Shown: positions 1 through 12,409, counted from the first letter of the stretch. The stretch: 64,000 bases of DNA from an uncultured delta proteobacterium (GCA_963708295.1 CAVPSJ010000011.1:128001-192000); one strand, 5' to 3'. Program-made: numbers and translations. The notes: generated by a model from the sequence alone, not told the origin.

Positions 1-262
1 TTTTACAGGGTGGCTTGAAAAGGAAGACTTGTGGAAGATTTATCTTGCATCCGATCTCTTTGTATTGCCTTCATTGAGTGAAGGGATGCCCAATGCCATG
101 TTAGAAGCACTGGGACTTGATTTGCCTTGTCTCGGAAGCAATATTCCCGGAATCAAGGATATTCTCCAATATGATGAACTTCTTTTTGATCCTTTTGATG
201 TAGAATCATTTTCTTCAGAATTCAAAGGATATTTTCTCATGCCAATGATTTCGATGCGGTGA
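1..262 (+). CDS. Glycosyltransferase family 4, C-terminal part (truncated by window edge; 3' end appears frameshifted)
   Basis: SDLFVLPSLSEGMPNAMLEA = GT4 ExxxxxxxE motif. Confidence 0.8.
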   Translation, partial: FTGWLEKEDLWKIYLASDLFVLPSLSEGMPNAMLEALGLDLPCLGSNIPGIKDILQYDELLFDPFDVESFSSEFKGYFLMPMISMR

Positions 263-388
263 GACAATTGTGTCAGGAAAGAAAGAGCAAATTCATTTTT
301 GATTGGAAGGAAAGGTTTTATGGGTTAAGTTGTGCATTTTCATCCAAAACATGTTCTTGGGAAAGTGGGTAACGTGAAGCAGGATTTA

Positions 389-1186
389 ATGAACCTGGAC
401 AGGGCTGGAAAATCATACTGGGACCATAGGTGGGAGAATACTTTTTTACCTGAAGTGATTAATCCATATCGGTCCAGGTCCAGATCATTATTTGGATCGG
501 AAGTTTCATGATTTTTTCCGAGGGGTGTTTTCAGACAGGGAAACGGAGAATAAGACGTTACTAGAAATTGGCTGCGCAAGATCGATATGGCTTGCCCTAT
601 TTTGCAAAGGAATTTGGGTTTAAAGTTTATGGCATTGATTACTCTGAAATAGGGTTGTCAGCAAGCAATGCAAATATTATCAAACGAAGGAGTAAAAGGT
701 GACATTGTTTGTGCGGATTTCTTTTCGCCTCCTGAGTCTATGATTGAGGAATTCGATGTAGTGATTTCGTTCGGGGTCCTCGAACATTTCGAGGACACCG
801 AAGGCTGCATTTTAGCTTTTTCACAATTTCTCAAGCCGAAGGGAATTTTGATAACAAACATTCCAAACCTTATTGGTTTGGTAGGATTAATTCAAAAGCT
901 GATCAATCGAAATGTACTTGATATTCACGTTCCTCTATCTCCCGAGGAGATTTTGAAGGCGCATCAGAAGAAACATGCTTGAGCCGGTCTCATGTGACTA
1001 TTTCCTTGTCTGCAAACTTTGGAGTGTGTGAATTTTGAAAATTTGAGAGGCAGCTTCATTTATACATGGATTCTTCAGTCATTCTGCTGGTTGAACAGAA
1101 TAATCTGGTTCATTGAAAAGCTAATTCCAGTGAAACCAAATCGTTGGAGTTCGCCTTATATCAACTGTGTTGCGATTAAACGCTGA
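389..1186 (+). CDS. Class I SAM-dependent methyltransferase (several apparent frameshifts; intact core ORF 668..982)
   Basis: Fragments read MNLDRAGKSYWD..., LLEIGCA (motif I), FDVVISFGVLEHF, LKPKGILI. Confidence 0.7.
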
Positions 1187-1262
1187 AATCGATGTTGTGA
1201 ACCTTGGGAAAGAACAGTTCTTGAGTACGTTATCTTTAAAAGAGTAGTATGAAATAGTTGTT

Positions 1263-2700
1263 ATGGGCATAATCAAGAAAGTATTCGGAGCTTCAGCAAT
1301 AATTATATTTGCAAATGGTTTAAATCGGTTATTTGCTATTTTGGCAGCTCCCGTTCTTACCCGGGTGTTGGGCCCTGCACCATATGGAATCATGGCATTG
1401 GTAGGGACTGTTACCAGTTTGGCATCTACGTTGAGTCTTCTTGGAATTGATATGTCCTATGCAAGGTTTTATTTTTCGAAAACAAATACAACCAGTCAAG
1501 CGGTGGAAAAATTTTGTTGGCGTTATGCTATTCTTTCTTCAATAGCCGTTGGTATTCTATCTATTTTTGTGTGGCAGTTACTGTTAGGAAAACCCTATAA
1601 TAGCTTCCTCATCGCTCTTATGGTGGGTCTTACGATAATATTATTTGTGACCAATACGATGTCCCAGACCGGCGCACGTTTGAGGGAGAAGTATCGTCGC
1701 ATGGGATTGGCAATCATTGCTTCGGGGATCTCCGCAACCTTAACAACGATTCGGTTAGCAACGCTTTGGCGTACAGATGAATGGCCGCTTTTGATAGGAT
1801 TTACTCTCGGAATACTGATGAGTGTCGTCGATCACGGGTATCCCCAAGGGTAATTCGTTAGCAAGAGCATCTGGATTAACGGTCAAGGAGAAATGGTCTA
1901 TCGTTAAGCTGGGGTTACCAGGCTTGGTTACAGGAACTATGTATTGGGTACTGAGTTCTTCCGATCGCTGGTTTCTTAAACATTTTTTGGGGGAACAGGT
2001 CGTAGGAATCTACTCCTTTGCATATAATGTAGCAATCATCGGAATAATTGTAAATACTGCCATGGTATTGACATGGTTTCCGGAATCAATAAAAGCTTAC
2101 GAAAAAGATGGCGTAGGAGCTTCCGCAGTTCTTGGGGAGGTTTGGGGGGGGTTGGCTCTCCTTTTGTGCTTAGTCTGGTTGATGGTTGCTTCGATCGGTG
2201 GCGACACTATTCGATTTTTGGCAGACTCGCGATTTCATAGAGGCGCTGCATATGTTCCATGGATCGCTGGAGGTGTTTATTTTTACGGTATGGCCCAATT
2301 AGCTAATACTGGATTGCTAATCTCAAAGAACATGAAGCCTGCTGCAAGTCTGTGGTTCATCGGAGGTGTTCTTAAACATTATTTTAAACTATTTTATGAT
2401 TCAAGTATGGGGAGCTTACGGTGCAGCAGTAACAAATTGTTTGAGCTTCGGTTTATTTATTTTGGAGTAATGTGGAAATCAATAAAGCTTTTTAAATTGA
2501 ATTTGGCGTGGGAAAAACTTCTGGGGGGAGGAATAGTTGTTCTGATATGTGGTGTGGTAATGAGCCCACCGTGGCACTCTTATCCGCTGGTAAGCATTTG
2601 CCTGAAGCTTCCAATATATTTTGGGATTTCACTATGTTTGATCTGGTTGACTGTACCAAGTTGGGTGCGTCAGTTTAAGGCCCAGTTGAAAAGGTGTTGA
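1263..2700 (+). CDS. wzx: Wzx/MOP-family polysaccharide flippase (split into ORFs 1263..1853 and 1822..2700)
   Basis: PVLTRVLGPAPYG, many TM helices, SSDRWFL...VGIYSFAY motif. Confidence 0.8.
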
Positions 2701-2716
2701 TGAGAGGAATATCATA

Positions 2717-3913
2717 ATGAAAATACTCTCAATCCTTCCGTTTAGTCCCCCTTCAAGGTTATGTGGCGGCGCAGAGACCCAGATGCACTCTATACACAAA
2801 GGGCTCTTGTCGCAAGGCATTGATATCCAAGTACTAGCAAGCATTTCAGAGGTAGGTTCATCATATCAAGAGTATGAGAAGGTTCCGATTTGGGGGATCA
2901 ACTTTCCACTGTTGACCTGCAGTATATTACATCCATTGAATATCATATCTTGGTTAAATTGGAAGAGGATGCTTAAGTTTGTCGACGAGAAGATTCAAGG
3001 AATCAATCTGATCCAGGTAACCCCATTTCGGGAACCCGCCTTTTGGGGGCATTGGCTTTCCAGACATCTTAATGTGCCCTGGTTGGCAAGAATGGCTGGT
3101 AGTGGATCAAACGGCGATTTCAGGTACATGTCGAATTTTATTTCGAGAAATTTTCTAATGAGACGTTCACTTCCGGCACTGCGCGCGAGTTGTTCTTCCA
3201 TTATTGCCCTTGATGATGAAACTCAGAAAGAAGCAGTTGCAAACGGATTCCCAAAAGAAAAAGTCGTAGTGATTTCGAACAGCTTTGTGCTAAACGAGAT
3301 GCCAGCCCTGGAAGTTGCCCAGGAGGTTCCGACGAAGGGTATATGCCTTTTCTTGGGCAGGATAGTAAGCGGAAAAAGAGTTAAGGATTTGATTAGGGCA
3401 TATTCTATTTGCACGAGAGGGCAGCTTGAGATACCTACCCTGTGGGTAGTAGGGGGCGGAGATACCGATTCCGTCCACGTAATGGTGGATAGTTTGAACC
3501 TTCAGGACACAGTGACGGTTTGCGGCCACCAAAAGGAGGTCGAGAAGTTTTTGCAAAAGGCCATTTTCATGGTAAACCCTTCCGAAAGCGAAGGTTTCCC
3601 GAATTCTATCCTAGAGGGATGCGCGTTCGGTGTACCAGCAATTTTGTCAGACATCCCGGTCCACAGAAGGATTGCGAAGGGGACGGGTATGGAGGATTTT
3701 TTGTTTCCAGTAGGTGACGAAAGACTCTTGGCGGAAAAAGTTGTCCGTTTTCTTTCATTAAAGCAGAAAGACGTAATTGATAAACGAATTCGATCCTTTC
3801 AATATGCGCAAGGTTTTAGTCAAAAAAAGAGAAACGAAGCTTATCTTACTTTATACGATAGGGTTATTAGGTGCCATGGCGTGAAAAATGAACCATCGAC
3901 GAAAGGCAATTAA
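2717..3913 (+). CDS. Glycosyltransferase family 4
   Basis: GGAE N-terminal motif, FLGRI..KR, PSESEGFPNSILEG. Confidence 0.88.
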   Translation: MKILSILPFSPPSRLCGGAETQMHSIHKGLLSQGIDIQVLASISEVGSSYQEYEKVPIWGINFPLLTCSILHPLNIISWLNWKRMLKFVDEKIQGINLIQVTPFREPAFWGHWLSRHLNVPWLARMAGSGSNGDFRYMSNFISRNFLMRRSLPALRASCSSIIALDDETQKEAVANGFPKEKVVVISNSFVLNEMPALEVAQEVPTKGICLFLGRIVSGKRVKDLIRAYSICTRGQLEIPTLWVVGGGDTDSVHVMVDSLNLQDTVTVCGHQKEVEKFLQKAIFMVNPSESEGFPNSILEGCAFGVPAILSDIPVHRRIAKGTGMEDFLFPVGDERLLAEKVVRFLSLKQKDVIDKRIRSFQYAQGFSQKKRNEAYLTLYDRVIRCHGVKNEPSTKGN

Positions 3914-4011
3914 AACTAAGGAATCAGGCAAGGGATCTCGGTGTGATATTGCACCAAAAGTAACTTATTCAGATTATCAATTTTCAAACGTTGATTAGGG
4001 AATTGTAAAGA

Positions 4012-4866
4012 ATGAACCGTTCGACAAATCACCATAAAAAAAGGGTAACCCAAGAGAATCGATTTGAGTTTGGAATGAACTGGATGCGATTTCTTTCAAT
4101 GTTAGATGAAAATCGATTATTACAAGCCGAGAACTCGCTGAAGCAAATGCTGGAGATCGATGATTTAAACGGAAAATCCTTTCTTGATATCGGGTCGGGA
4201 AGTGGTTTGTTTTCTCTTGCTGCCAGAGAATTAGGCGCGGAAGTCCATTCACTTGATTATGACCCGCAGTCGGTGGCGAGCACCTTGGAACTAAAACGAC
4301 GTTATTTCGCGGATGATGCAAACTGGACAATTGAACAAGGCGATGTTCTGGATACGGACTATCTCCATGCTCTTGGACAATTTGACGTGGTCTACTCCTG
4401 GGGGGTTCTTCATCACACAGGGGCGATGTGGCAAGCGTTAGCGAATGTCGTTCCGCTTGTTGTTCAGGAAGGGAAACTTGCTATTTCAATCTATAATGAC
4501 CAAGGGATAACGAGTCTGCGCTGGGCCAAATTGAAGAAGTTCTATAACCAATCTTCCAGACCTGTTCGGATGTCCATTGTGCTAACGGTGGGAGCCTTTC
4601 GTCTTTTCAGTCTGGCATTGAATCGACTCACCAAGTTCCAGAATCCCCTTCCTTTTAAGGAATGGGCCGAAAGCAAGAAAGAGAGAGGGATGTCTGTTTG
4701 GCATGATCTTGTCGACTGGGTGGGCGGCTATCCTTTTGAGGTTGCAAAACCTGAAGAGATTTTTGATTTCTACCGAGAAAAAGGGCTTCATCTTGTTAAG
4801 CTAAAGACATCCTGGGGTGGTTGTAATGAGTTCGTGTTTCTTCGAGAAAATAAGAGGAAAACATGA
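4012..4866 (+). CDS. Class I SAM-dependent methyltransferase (glycan-cluster type)
   Basis: FLDIGSGSGLFS, FDVVYSWGVLHHTG, DWVGGYPFE. Confidence 0.88.
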   Translation: MNRSTNHHKKRVTQENRFEFGMNWMRFLSMLDENRLLQAENSLKQMLEIDDLNGKSFLDIGSGSGLFSLAARELGAEVHSLDYDPQSVASTLELKRRYFADDANWTIEQGDVLDTDYLHALGQFDVVYSWGVLHHTGAMWQALANVVPLVVQEGKLAISIYNDQGITSLRWAKLKKFYNQSSRPVRMSIVLTVGAFRLFSLALNRLTKFQNPLPFKEWAESKKERGMSVWHDLVDWVGGYPFEVAKPEEIFDFYREKGLHLVKLKTSWGGCNEFVFLRENKRKT

Positions 4867-6043
4867 AGGTTTTAATGGTCATTTCACAGTTTCATCCAAT
4901 AATTGGTGGCGCCGAGAAACAGGCAAAACTGCTTGCAAAGAAATTGATTGAGAAAGGGATTAACGTAACGATAGTGACAGGATGGTGGAAGTTTGGAACG
5001 CCTCGATAGAGAAATGCTGGATGGGATAATGGTTTTCAGGAATTTTTCATGTTGGGGGATGTTTGGAATTAGGGGAATTCGGACCTTGGGAGCGCTTATC
5101 TATATGTTCACTCTTGCTCTTTATCTTCTCGCCCACCGGCGAGAATACGACATCATTCACGTTCATCAGGCCTTGTACCCCGCTTTTGTTGCTGTGGTTA
5201 CTGGCAAAGAAGTTCTTGGAAAGCCAGTCATTGTTAAGACGGCGAGCTCGGGCATGACAAGCGATATTAAGCAACTGAAGGGATACCTATTAGGAAACAT
5301 GCAACTAAGATATCTTATTAAAAAGATGCGTTGTCTGGTTGCAAATAGTAAAGTCGGAGGAGATGAATTCAAGGCAATAGGTTTTCCAGAGTCGAAAATT
5401 GTTCTTATCCCGAACGGGGTTGAGATTCCAAAAGAGAGAAAAATCCTTTTCGGTGAAGTGAAAATCGTAACTGCTGTCGCAAGACTAAGCCTGGAGAAAG
5501 GAATCGATGTTCTGCTAAAGGCATGGGCGGAGGTAGCGGCATTGCACCCGACGCTAAAACTGATAATTGTTGGTCAAGGTCCTTTAGAGTCGTCACTGAA
5601 AACACTACGTAAGGATTTAAGATTGGCTGACTGTGTGGAGTTCGTTGGGGCAATTCTTAATGTGAATGAACGGTTGATCGATTCTGACCTTTTTGTGCTT
5701 CCATCGAGGACCGAAGGGCTATCGAATGCACTATTAGAGGCCATGAGTCACGGGTTGCCGTGTATTGCGACAAATGTTGGAGGTAATTTTGAAATTATTG
5801 GAGAAGATGAAGAGGTAAAGATTAATCCGGGGCAATTTGCCACCGGGAGGAACGGTTTACTCGTCAACCCCGACGATGTTGAGGGGATGTTCTGAGGCAA
5901 TGCTCTACTTAATTCGAAATGAAATGGAGAGGCAAAACATCGGTAACAGAGGAAGGTTATATATCCAGGAGAATTATTCTATCGATCTGATAACCGATAA
6001 ATATATCGAATTGTATCAACGTACGGTAGGTAGGAAATCCTGA
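4863..6043 (+). CDS. Glycosyltransferase family 4 (frameshifted near 4990 and 5880; core ORF 4993..5895)
   Basis: ATG 4863 gives MKVLMVISQFHPIIGGAEKQ; ARLSLEKG; LPSRTEGLSNALLEAM. Confidence 0.82.
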
Positions 6044-8031
6044 TGTGCGGAATCTGTGGAGAGATAGACTTTAATAGAGGCGTGAAGGCTGAGCCCATTC
6101 AAAGGATGTGTAGAGTATTAGATTATCGAGGGCCTGATGATGAAGGCATGGTCTTCATCAAAGGCAATGAATGCTTTGAAATGAAGGGTCCTTCACAATC
6201 CTCTCTTGGAACAAGCCGGCTTTCAGGTCGGTTTAGGTCATCGGCGCCTTTCCATCATCGATCTTTCGGAGGCTGCTCATCAACCCATGTACGAATGAGG
6301 ACGGAACGATCTGGATCGTCTTCAACGGAGAGATTTATAACTTCCAGGAGATACGAGAGGGGTTGGAAAAAAAGGGACATTTCTTTAAATCGAAATCGGA
6401 TACGGAAGTCATCCTGCATGCCTATGAAGAATGGGGTGTTGAGTGCCTGAACCGTTTGCGTGGCATGTTTGCGTTTGCGATATGGGATTCAACACTGCAG
6501 CGTTTATTCATGGCCCGGGACCGACTTGGGAAGAAACCTTTGGTTTATTTTAATCAAAACGGGCAGTTTGTCTTTGCTTCGGAAATTAAGGCCCTTCTTC
6601 AAGTTCCAGGGGTCGAAAAGAAGGTAAATGGGAATGCTATCCATCATTATTTAACTTATCAATATGTCCCTTCTCCGGATACCATCTTCGAAGGTATCAA
6701 AAAACTTCCTCCTGCCCATTACCTCCTTTATGACCGGGATGGAAGTCTAAGAATAGAGCGCTACTGGAGGCTCCATTTTAATTCGAGCCATCATACTGAC
6801 ATCGACCTGCAAGAGCTAAGTGATCGAATACGAGACAGAACTCGAAGAATCTGTGAAGCTCAGGTTGATCAGCGATGTTCCCCTGGGCGCTTTTCTGAGT
6901 GGAGGTAGTGGATTCGAGTCTAATCGTTGGAATGATGGCAAAGCTGAGCGGAGCACCCTGTCAAGACCTTTTCGATCGGATTTGAAGAAAAGGATTTTGA
7001 TGAGCTTTCCTATGCGCGAGATCGGTTTCAAACCATTTTTCAACAGACCATCATGAATTTATCGTCAAGCCCGATGCCATTGAAATTCTTCCGAAACTTG
7101 TGTGGCATTATAATGAACCGTTTGCCGATTCTTCTGCGATTCCGACTTATTATGTCGCTAAGATGACGAGGGACTATGTGAAGGTCGTGCTCACGGGAGA
7201 TGCGGGGGATGAAAATTTTGCCGGTTACCCAAGGTATCTGCGGAGTAAGTGGTTAGTTCTTTTTTCCAAGACTGCCGAGACGATGAAACGGGATATTCTC
7301 CCCCCTTTGTTGAGAATGACTGCTCAATTTCACTGGAGGGAAAAGACCTTGAATCGCCTGGCCGCTTTCATCGAATCTATCTCCTCCAATCAGGTGAGGA
7401 ACTATGCAGAGCAGGTGAAAATCTTCAATGCGGAAGAGAAGGGAAATCTCTATTCTCCTCAATTCATACAGGAGGTGAGGGAGAGCGATTCGGTCGAGTA
7501 TCTCCTCGGCAAGTTTGAGGAAGCCGGGACAAACGATCTGATTGACCAGCTATTATATCTCGACATTAACACCTATCTACCTGAGGACCTCCTTGTCAAA
7601 ATGGATATCGCCACCATGGCCAACTCTCTGGAGGCAAGGGTTCCCTTTCTGGATCATCAATTTATGGAATTCATTGCAACCATCCCCTCTCATTTAAAAT
7701 TGAAGCGAACGGTCACTAAGTACATTCTCAAACAAGCCTTTTCTGATTTTCTCCCTCAAGGCTATTCTGACACGAGGGAAAATGGGGTTTGGAGTTCCAG
7801 TTTCAAGATGGTTTAGAAACGAATTAAAGGATTATGTCTATGAAATTCTATTGGACCCAAGGACTCTAAATCGGGGATATTTCAGCGAGAGATGGCATTG
7901 AGCGCCTGCTCAATGATCATATAGCAGCCCGTTACGATCATTCCTCGAAGATCTGGGCTTTACTCTTTTTGGAGATTTGGTTCAGGGTTTTTATCGATAA
8001 AGAAGGAGATTCTTTTTTACATGGAGTTTAG
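6043..8031 (+). CDS. asnB: Asparagine synthase-like glutamine amidotransferase (glycan-modifying type), broken into several ORF fragments
   Basis: MCGICG Ntn start, RGPDDEG, SDTEVIL, RDRLGKKPL, AFLSGG, EPFADSS, LTGDAGDE, SLEARVPFLD. Confidence 0.85.
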
Positions 8032-9932
8032 ATACGAATGGAGTACGACCAATTCGGTGCCGTTGAACTTGAGGGCGGCAGCAAACCCGTCAAGCTAATC
8101 GGGCTCTGTCTTCCTTATCTCGGTATTTGTTGCAATACTCTACTTCAATTCTTTAGGGAATCAGTTTACAAATTGGGATGATGGAATGATCTATCAAAAT
8201 CCTCCAAGTCCGAAATTTGAATTGGGATCGGGATTAAAAAAATATTTACGCTTCGAACCAGGGAATACTTACCAGCCCATCCGGATGCTCAGTTATGCCA
8301 TTGATTACAAAATCTGGGGACTGAACCCCCTAGGATATCACATCACCAACATTCTTTTTTATATATTAACCTGCATTATGGTCTTCTTCACCCTCCGTCT
8401 CCTCTCTGCTGAATTAAGAGAAGGAAGCCTCTCCGGACTCTCATGGACGGGTTGCCATTTTTGGAGCACTTCTTTTTGCCGCCCACCCCGTGCACGTCGA
8501 AGCTGTCACTTGGCTTGCGGCCAGAAAAGAAGTCCTTCAAGGATTCTTCTTCTTCCTTGGATTCTATCTCTACCTCAAGGCAAACAAGGAGACCGGACGA
8601 AGAGCCTTTTACTTTTACCTAAGTCTAGTGGTCCTTTCCATTCTTTTGGCCACTCTTTCAAAACCTTCTGCAGTTATCTTCCCAGGGGTTATTGCTGTGT
8701 ATGAGATTTCTAAAAGAAAAAAGGAGGTCGTTGCTTATTTCAAACGTCACTGGGTCTTCCTTATCTCCCTTCTAATCCTATCGGCCATCTTCACATTCAT
8801 TTTAATAAAAGTGATGTTGGAAGCAGGAGGCATTAAACAATATAAGGGGGATAGCTTCGCAAGTAACTTTCTGGTTTGCGTCTACGTGTTTCTGCAAAAC
8901 ATTAAACTTCTTCTCTTCACGGTGAATTACTCGGCAGCTTATTCTTTTTTTGTGAATATGCCGGTTTTTTGTCTGACGAATGTGATCTTACTCCTCATCA
9001 CGATCGGTCTTTTTGCCGTCAGTGTCCTATCTCTTCGGCGGACCAAGATCATCTTTTTCTCCTTCTTTTTCTTCTTTATTGCGCTTCTTCCTTACTTGAA
9101 TATTATTCCCATCAGTACGCTCAAGGCGGACCGCTATGTATTCATAGCGTCTTTTTCCTACATTCTTCTGCTGGGAGTTGCCTTTGACTATCTATATGCT
9201 TATCAGCACAAAAGGTTTTCTCAAGGATTCTTCAAATTACTGTCGGTAACACTCTTTTTGTTTCTCTTAACAGGCTATTCATTTATGACCATCCGACAAA
9301 ACACCCTATGGCAAAACAGCTACACTTTATGGGCTGACGCAGTTGAAAAACACCCTGAAAGCAACACGGCGAACGCATTGATGGGTGTCGTTTACATGGA
9401 TTTGAGAATGGATCAAGATGCAATAAAACATCTCGAAAAGGCCGTTCAGCTAGTTCCATACGATTACCAATCCCGGAATAATCTTGGCATTGTTTATGGC
9501 AGATCGGGTGAGCCTGAGAAAGCATTGAAGGAGTTCTCAGCCGCGATGCAGTTGATGCCCGATGATGATACTATCAAAATCAATCTATCTGTTTTTTATC
9601 AGAGGCATAAAGAGTATAAAAAAGCCGAAGAGGTTCTCCAATATTTGTTATCGAAGAATCCTCAAAATGCCAATCTTCACTACCGATTAGGCCTTATCTA
9701 TAGAGATGCGGGTCGCTATCAAGAGGCTGTTTCAGAATTCCTAAGATCCGTAGAATTAGCTCCGCACATCATCAGTGGTTATGAGGAACTCGGAAATATA
9801 TATGCGACACGGATTGGCGATTTGGAAAAGGCGAAATATTATTATGGGAAGGGCATTGAAGCGGCACCCAAAGCAAAAGCCAGAATTGAAGATCTGAGGT
9901 GGATGGTGCAAGATTTGGAAAGCCACAAGTAG
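8021..9932 (+). CDS. TMTC-like GT-C membrane glycosyltransferase with C-terminal TPRs (5' part frameshifted; ORFs 8186..8704 and 8490..9932)
   Basis: NSLGNQFTNWDD, YQPIRMLSYAIDY, YHITN, HVEAVTWLAARKE, SKPSA, ADRYVF, W..S.TLW followed by TPR repeats. Confidence 0.75.
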
Positions 9933-9969
9933 AGTAGGGTATGGCGGATCGCACAGAGAGAGGATTTGA

Positions 9970-10731
9970 ATGCTGAGTGTTGTTTCGATTATATTCGGGG
10001 CACTGATCGGTAGCTTTTTGAACGTCTGCATCTTTAGACTGCCCAAAGAAGAATCTATTGTCTGGCCAGGATCCCACTGTCCGCATTGTAAGAATCCGAT
10101 TAAGTATTACGACAATATCCCTCTGATCAGTTACCTTTTGCTAGGGGGGAGATGCCGCCATTGCCGTGGCACGATTTCCTTTCAGTATCCGCTCGTTGAG
10201 GGAATCACAGCCCTCAGCTCACTGATTTTGTTCATGAAATTCGGACCCTCCTTAAGTTATCTCTTTTATTTTATTTTCGTTGCCGCCCTCATTGTCGTCA
10301 CCGTCATCGATCTCTATCATCAGATTATCCCGGATGTGATCAGCCTTCCAGGGATAGGAGTAGGTTTACTGGCTTCTCTGATGATTCCCCAAGTCACTTT
10401 CTTAAGTTCCCTGGGGGGCGCCCTATTGGGAGGTGGGGGCTTATTTTTGGTCGCAACCCTGTATCAATGGCTCTTTAAAAGAGAAGGTATGGGAGGAGGA
10501 GATGTTAAATTGCTGGCGATGATTGGCGCTTTCCTGGGGTGGAAAGCCGTCATCCTTACTATTCTTTTAGGCTCACTTATTGGTTCTATTATTGGTATAG
10601 GCCTTATGATCTTGAAGGGAAAGGATTTTAAGTACGCCATACCCTTTGGACCATTTCTTTCCATGGGTGCCGTCATCGCTCTTTTTTATCAAGATGGAAT
10701 CATAGCGTGGTACCTGCAGTACAAAGGATGA
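9970..10731 (+). CDS. pilD: Type IV prepilin peptidase/N-methyltransferase
   Basis: GSFLNVCI.RLP, two CxxC, GMGGGDVKL, PFGPFL. Confidence 0.95.
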   Translation: MLSVVSIIFGALIGSFLNVCIFRLPKEESIVWPGSHCPHCKNPIKYYDNIPLISYLLLGGRCRHCRGTISFQYPLVEGITALSSLILFMKFGPSLSYLFYFIFVAALIVVTVIDLYHQIIPDVISLPGIGVGLLASLMIPQVTFLSSLGGALLGGGGLFLVATLYQWLFKREGMGGGDVKLLAMIGAFLGWKAVILTILLGSLIGSIIGIGLMILKGKDFKYAIPFGPFLSMGAVIALFYQDGIIAWYLQYKG

Positions 10732-10732
10732 C

Positions 10733-12409
10733 ATGAAAAAAAGCTTGTGGATGTTTAGAAAAATTGATCTAAGCCTCAGGACGGAGGTCATTATTAACAT
10801 CTCCTTTCTCATGTTGGCAGCCATCCTTTTAATCGGCTTCACAATCTCCAACATCAACGAGAGGAATATCGTCCAAGAAAAGACCCGAAGTGGCAAAAGA
10901 ATGATCCAGGATTTTCAAATGATCATAGATTTTATCTCAAAAGACGAAAAAGAGTTTCCATTAAGTCGTCCCCGGATCACAAAAGAGATTCAAGATTTCG
11001 CGCATCTCTATTCAGGAGAGAAGGGGTTTTATGAGTTATTGGTCGTAGATCATCAATTCAATATTATCACCAGCAAGAAATCGGAGTGGATCAATCGGCG
11101 ATCTACCGATCCTTTATTGGAAAAGGCTGTCCGAACAGGGGAATTGAGCGCGGAAATCGAAAAATCAGGAAGCTTTCTTTCACCAACTTATAAGAGAATG
11201 AAACTCCATTCGCCCTTATGGCATCAAGGAAAGATTGTGGGCGGGATTCAAATGGAAGTTCCTATTTTGGATTTGGTAACGAATTTATTAGAATCAAAGA
11301 AAATCATCTTGATCACCATCATTTCCGATGCTCTTGTCCTAATTTTCTTCGGGAGCTTTTTGCTCTCTCGTGTCCTAGTGAACCCGATGAAAGACCTCGT
11401 TCGATTGACAAAAAGAATCAGCGCCGGCGACTTCAGCGAAACGATCGAAGTGACTAACAAGAACGAAATTGGACAACTTCAAGAATCCTTCAATCGAATG
11501 ATTGAGAAGCTGAAAACAAATCAAGAAAGCTTAGGAAATTATCTGGAATCCCTTGAATCGACGAACAAACAACTGAAGCAAGCCCAGGAAGAACTGATCC
11601 GGTCAGAAAAACTTGCGTCCGTTGGAAGGTTCGCCGCGGGCGTAGCCCACGAAGTGGGAAACCCCCTGGGGGCCATTCTGGGGTATACAAGTATTCTGAG
11701 AAAAGAAGGAGTGGAGCGTGAAGAATCCGAAGACTACATGAAGAGGATCGAAAACGAAATAGAACGGATTAACACAATCGTCCGAGGACTTTTGGATTTT
11801 GCTAGGCCATCTAAATTCGAAATACGGGAAGTCGAGATCAATAAAATCATCCAAAGCACCCTTTCTTTATTGGCCTATCAAACAAATTTCAAAAACATCC
11901 AGACTCAGTTGAATCTACAATCTGACCTTCCCTTGATCAAAGGGGACGAGTCTCAGCTTTCTCAAGTGTTTATTAACATCATTTTGAATGCCATCGATGC
12001 CATGCCGAATGGAGGCGTTTTGGAAATTCAAACGAAAGATCATGTCATCGAGTATTTAGATGACGATCGGTCTCAGGAGATATATGCTCCGAGACGTAGA
12101 AGTGATCCCACCGAATTCGATTACTCCCGTTTGCGGAAACTCCCTCCGTATCCACCCGGGTTTACAAAATTCTCAAGAGGGGACCGGCTGGTTAAAGTCG
12201 GAATCACAGATACAGGGATCGGGATTAAGAAAGACGATTTAGAAAATGTTTTTGACCCATTTTTCACAACGAAGGCTCCGAATAAGGGAACCGGACTGGG
12301 TCTATCGATTTCATTAAAGATTGTTGAATCGTTGGGAGGAGAAATCAGAGTGGAGAGTGAACTCGGTAAGGGAACAAGATTTGAAGTGTACTTTCCCGCT
12401 GCTGCTTAA
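10733..12409 (+). CDS. HAMP-domain membrane sensor histidine kinase of the pilus locus
   Basis: Two TM segments, HAMP, AHEVGNPL H-box, N/G1/F/G2 boxes. Confidence 0.9.
   Translation: MKKSLWMFRKIDLSLRTEVIINISFLMLAAILLIGFTISNINERNIVQEKTRSGKRMIQDFQMIIDFISKDEKEFPLSRPRITKEIQDFAHLYSGEKGFYELLVVDHQFNIITSKKSEWINRRSTDPLLEKAVRTGELSAEIEKSGSFLSPTYKRMKLHSPLWHQGKIVGGIQMEVPILDLVTNLLESKKIILITIISDALVLIFFGSFLLSRVLVNPMKDLVRLTKRISAGDFSETIEVTNKNEIGQLQESFNRMIEKLKTNQESLGNYLESLESTNKQLKQAQEELIRSEKLASVGRFAAGVAHEVGNPLGAILGYTSILRKEGVEREESEDYMKRIENEIERINTIVRGLLDFARPSKFEIREVEINKIIQSTLSLLAYQTNFKNIQTQLNLQSDLPLIKGDESQLSQVFINIILNAIDAMPNGGVLEIQTKDHVIEYLDDDRSQEIYAPRRRSDPTEFDYSRLRKLPPYPPGFTKFSRGDRLVKVGITDTGIGIKKDDLENVFDPFFTTKAPNKGTGLGLSISLKIVESLGGEIRVESELGKGTRFEVYFPAAA

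Noticed and set aside
1-8500. Mass pseudogenisation of the glycan cluster
   Set aside because: Frameshifts are single-base indels that are dense at the window start and fade downstream, while motifs stay intact in all fragments; this fits low-coverage long-read consensus error better than decay. Read polishing would decide.
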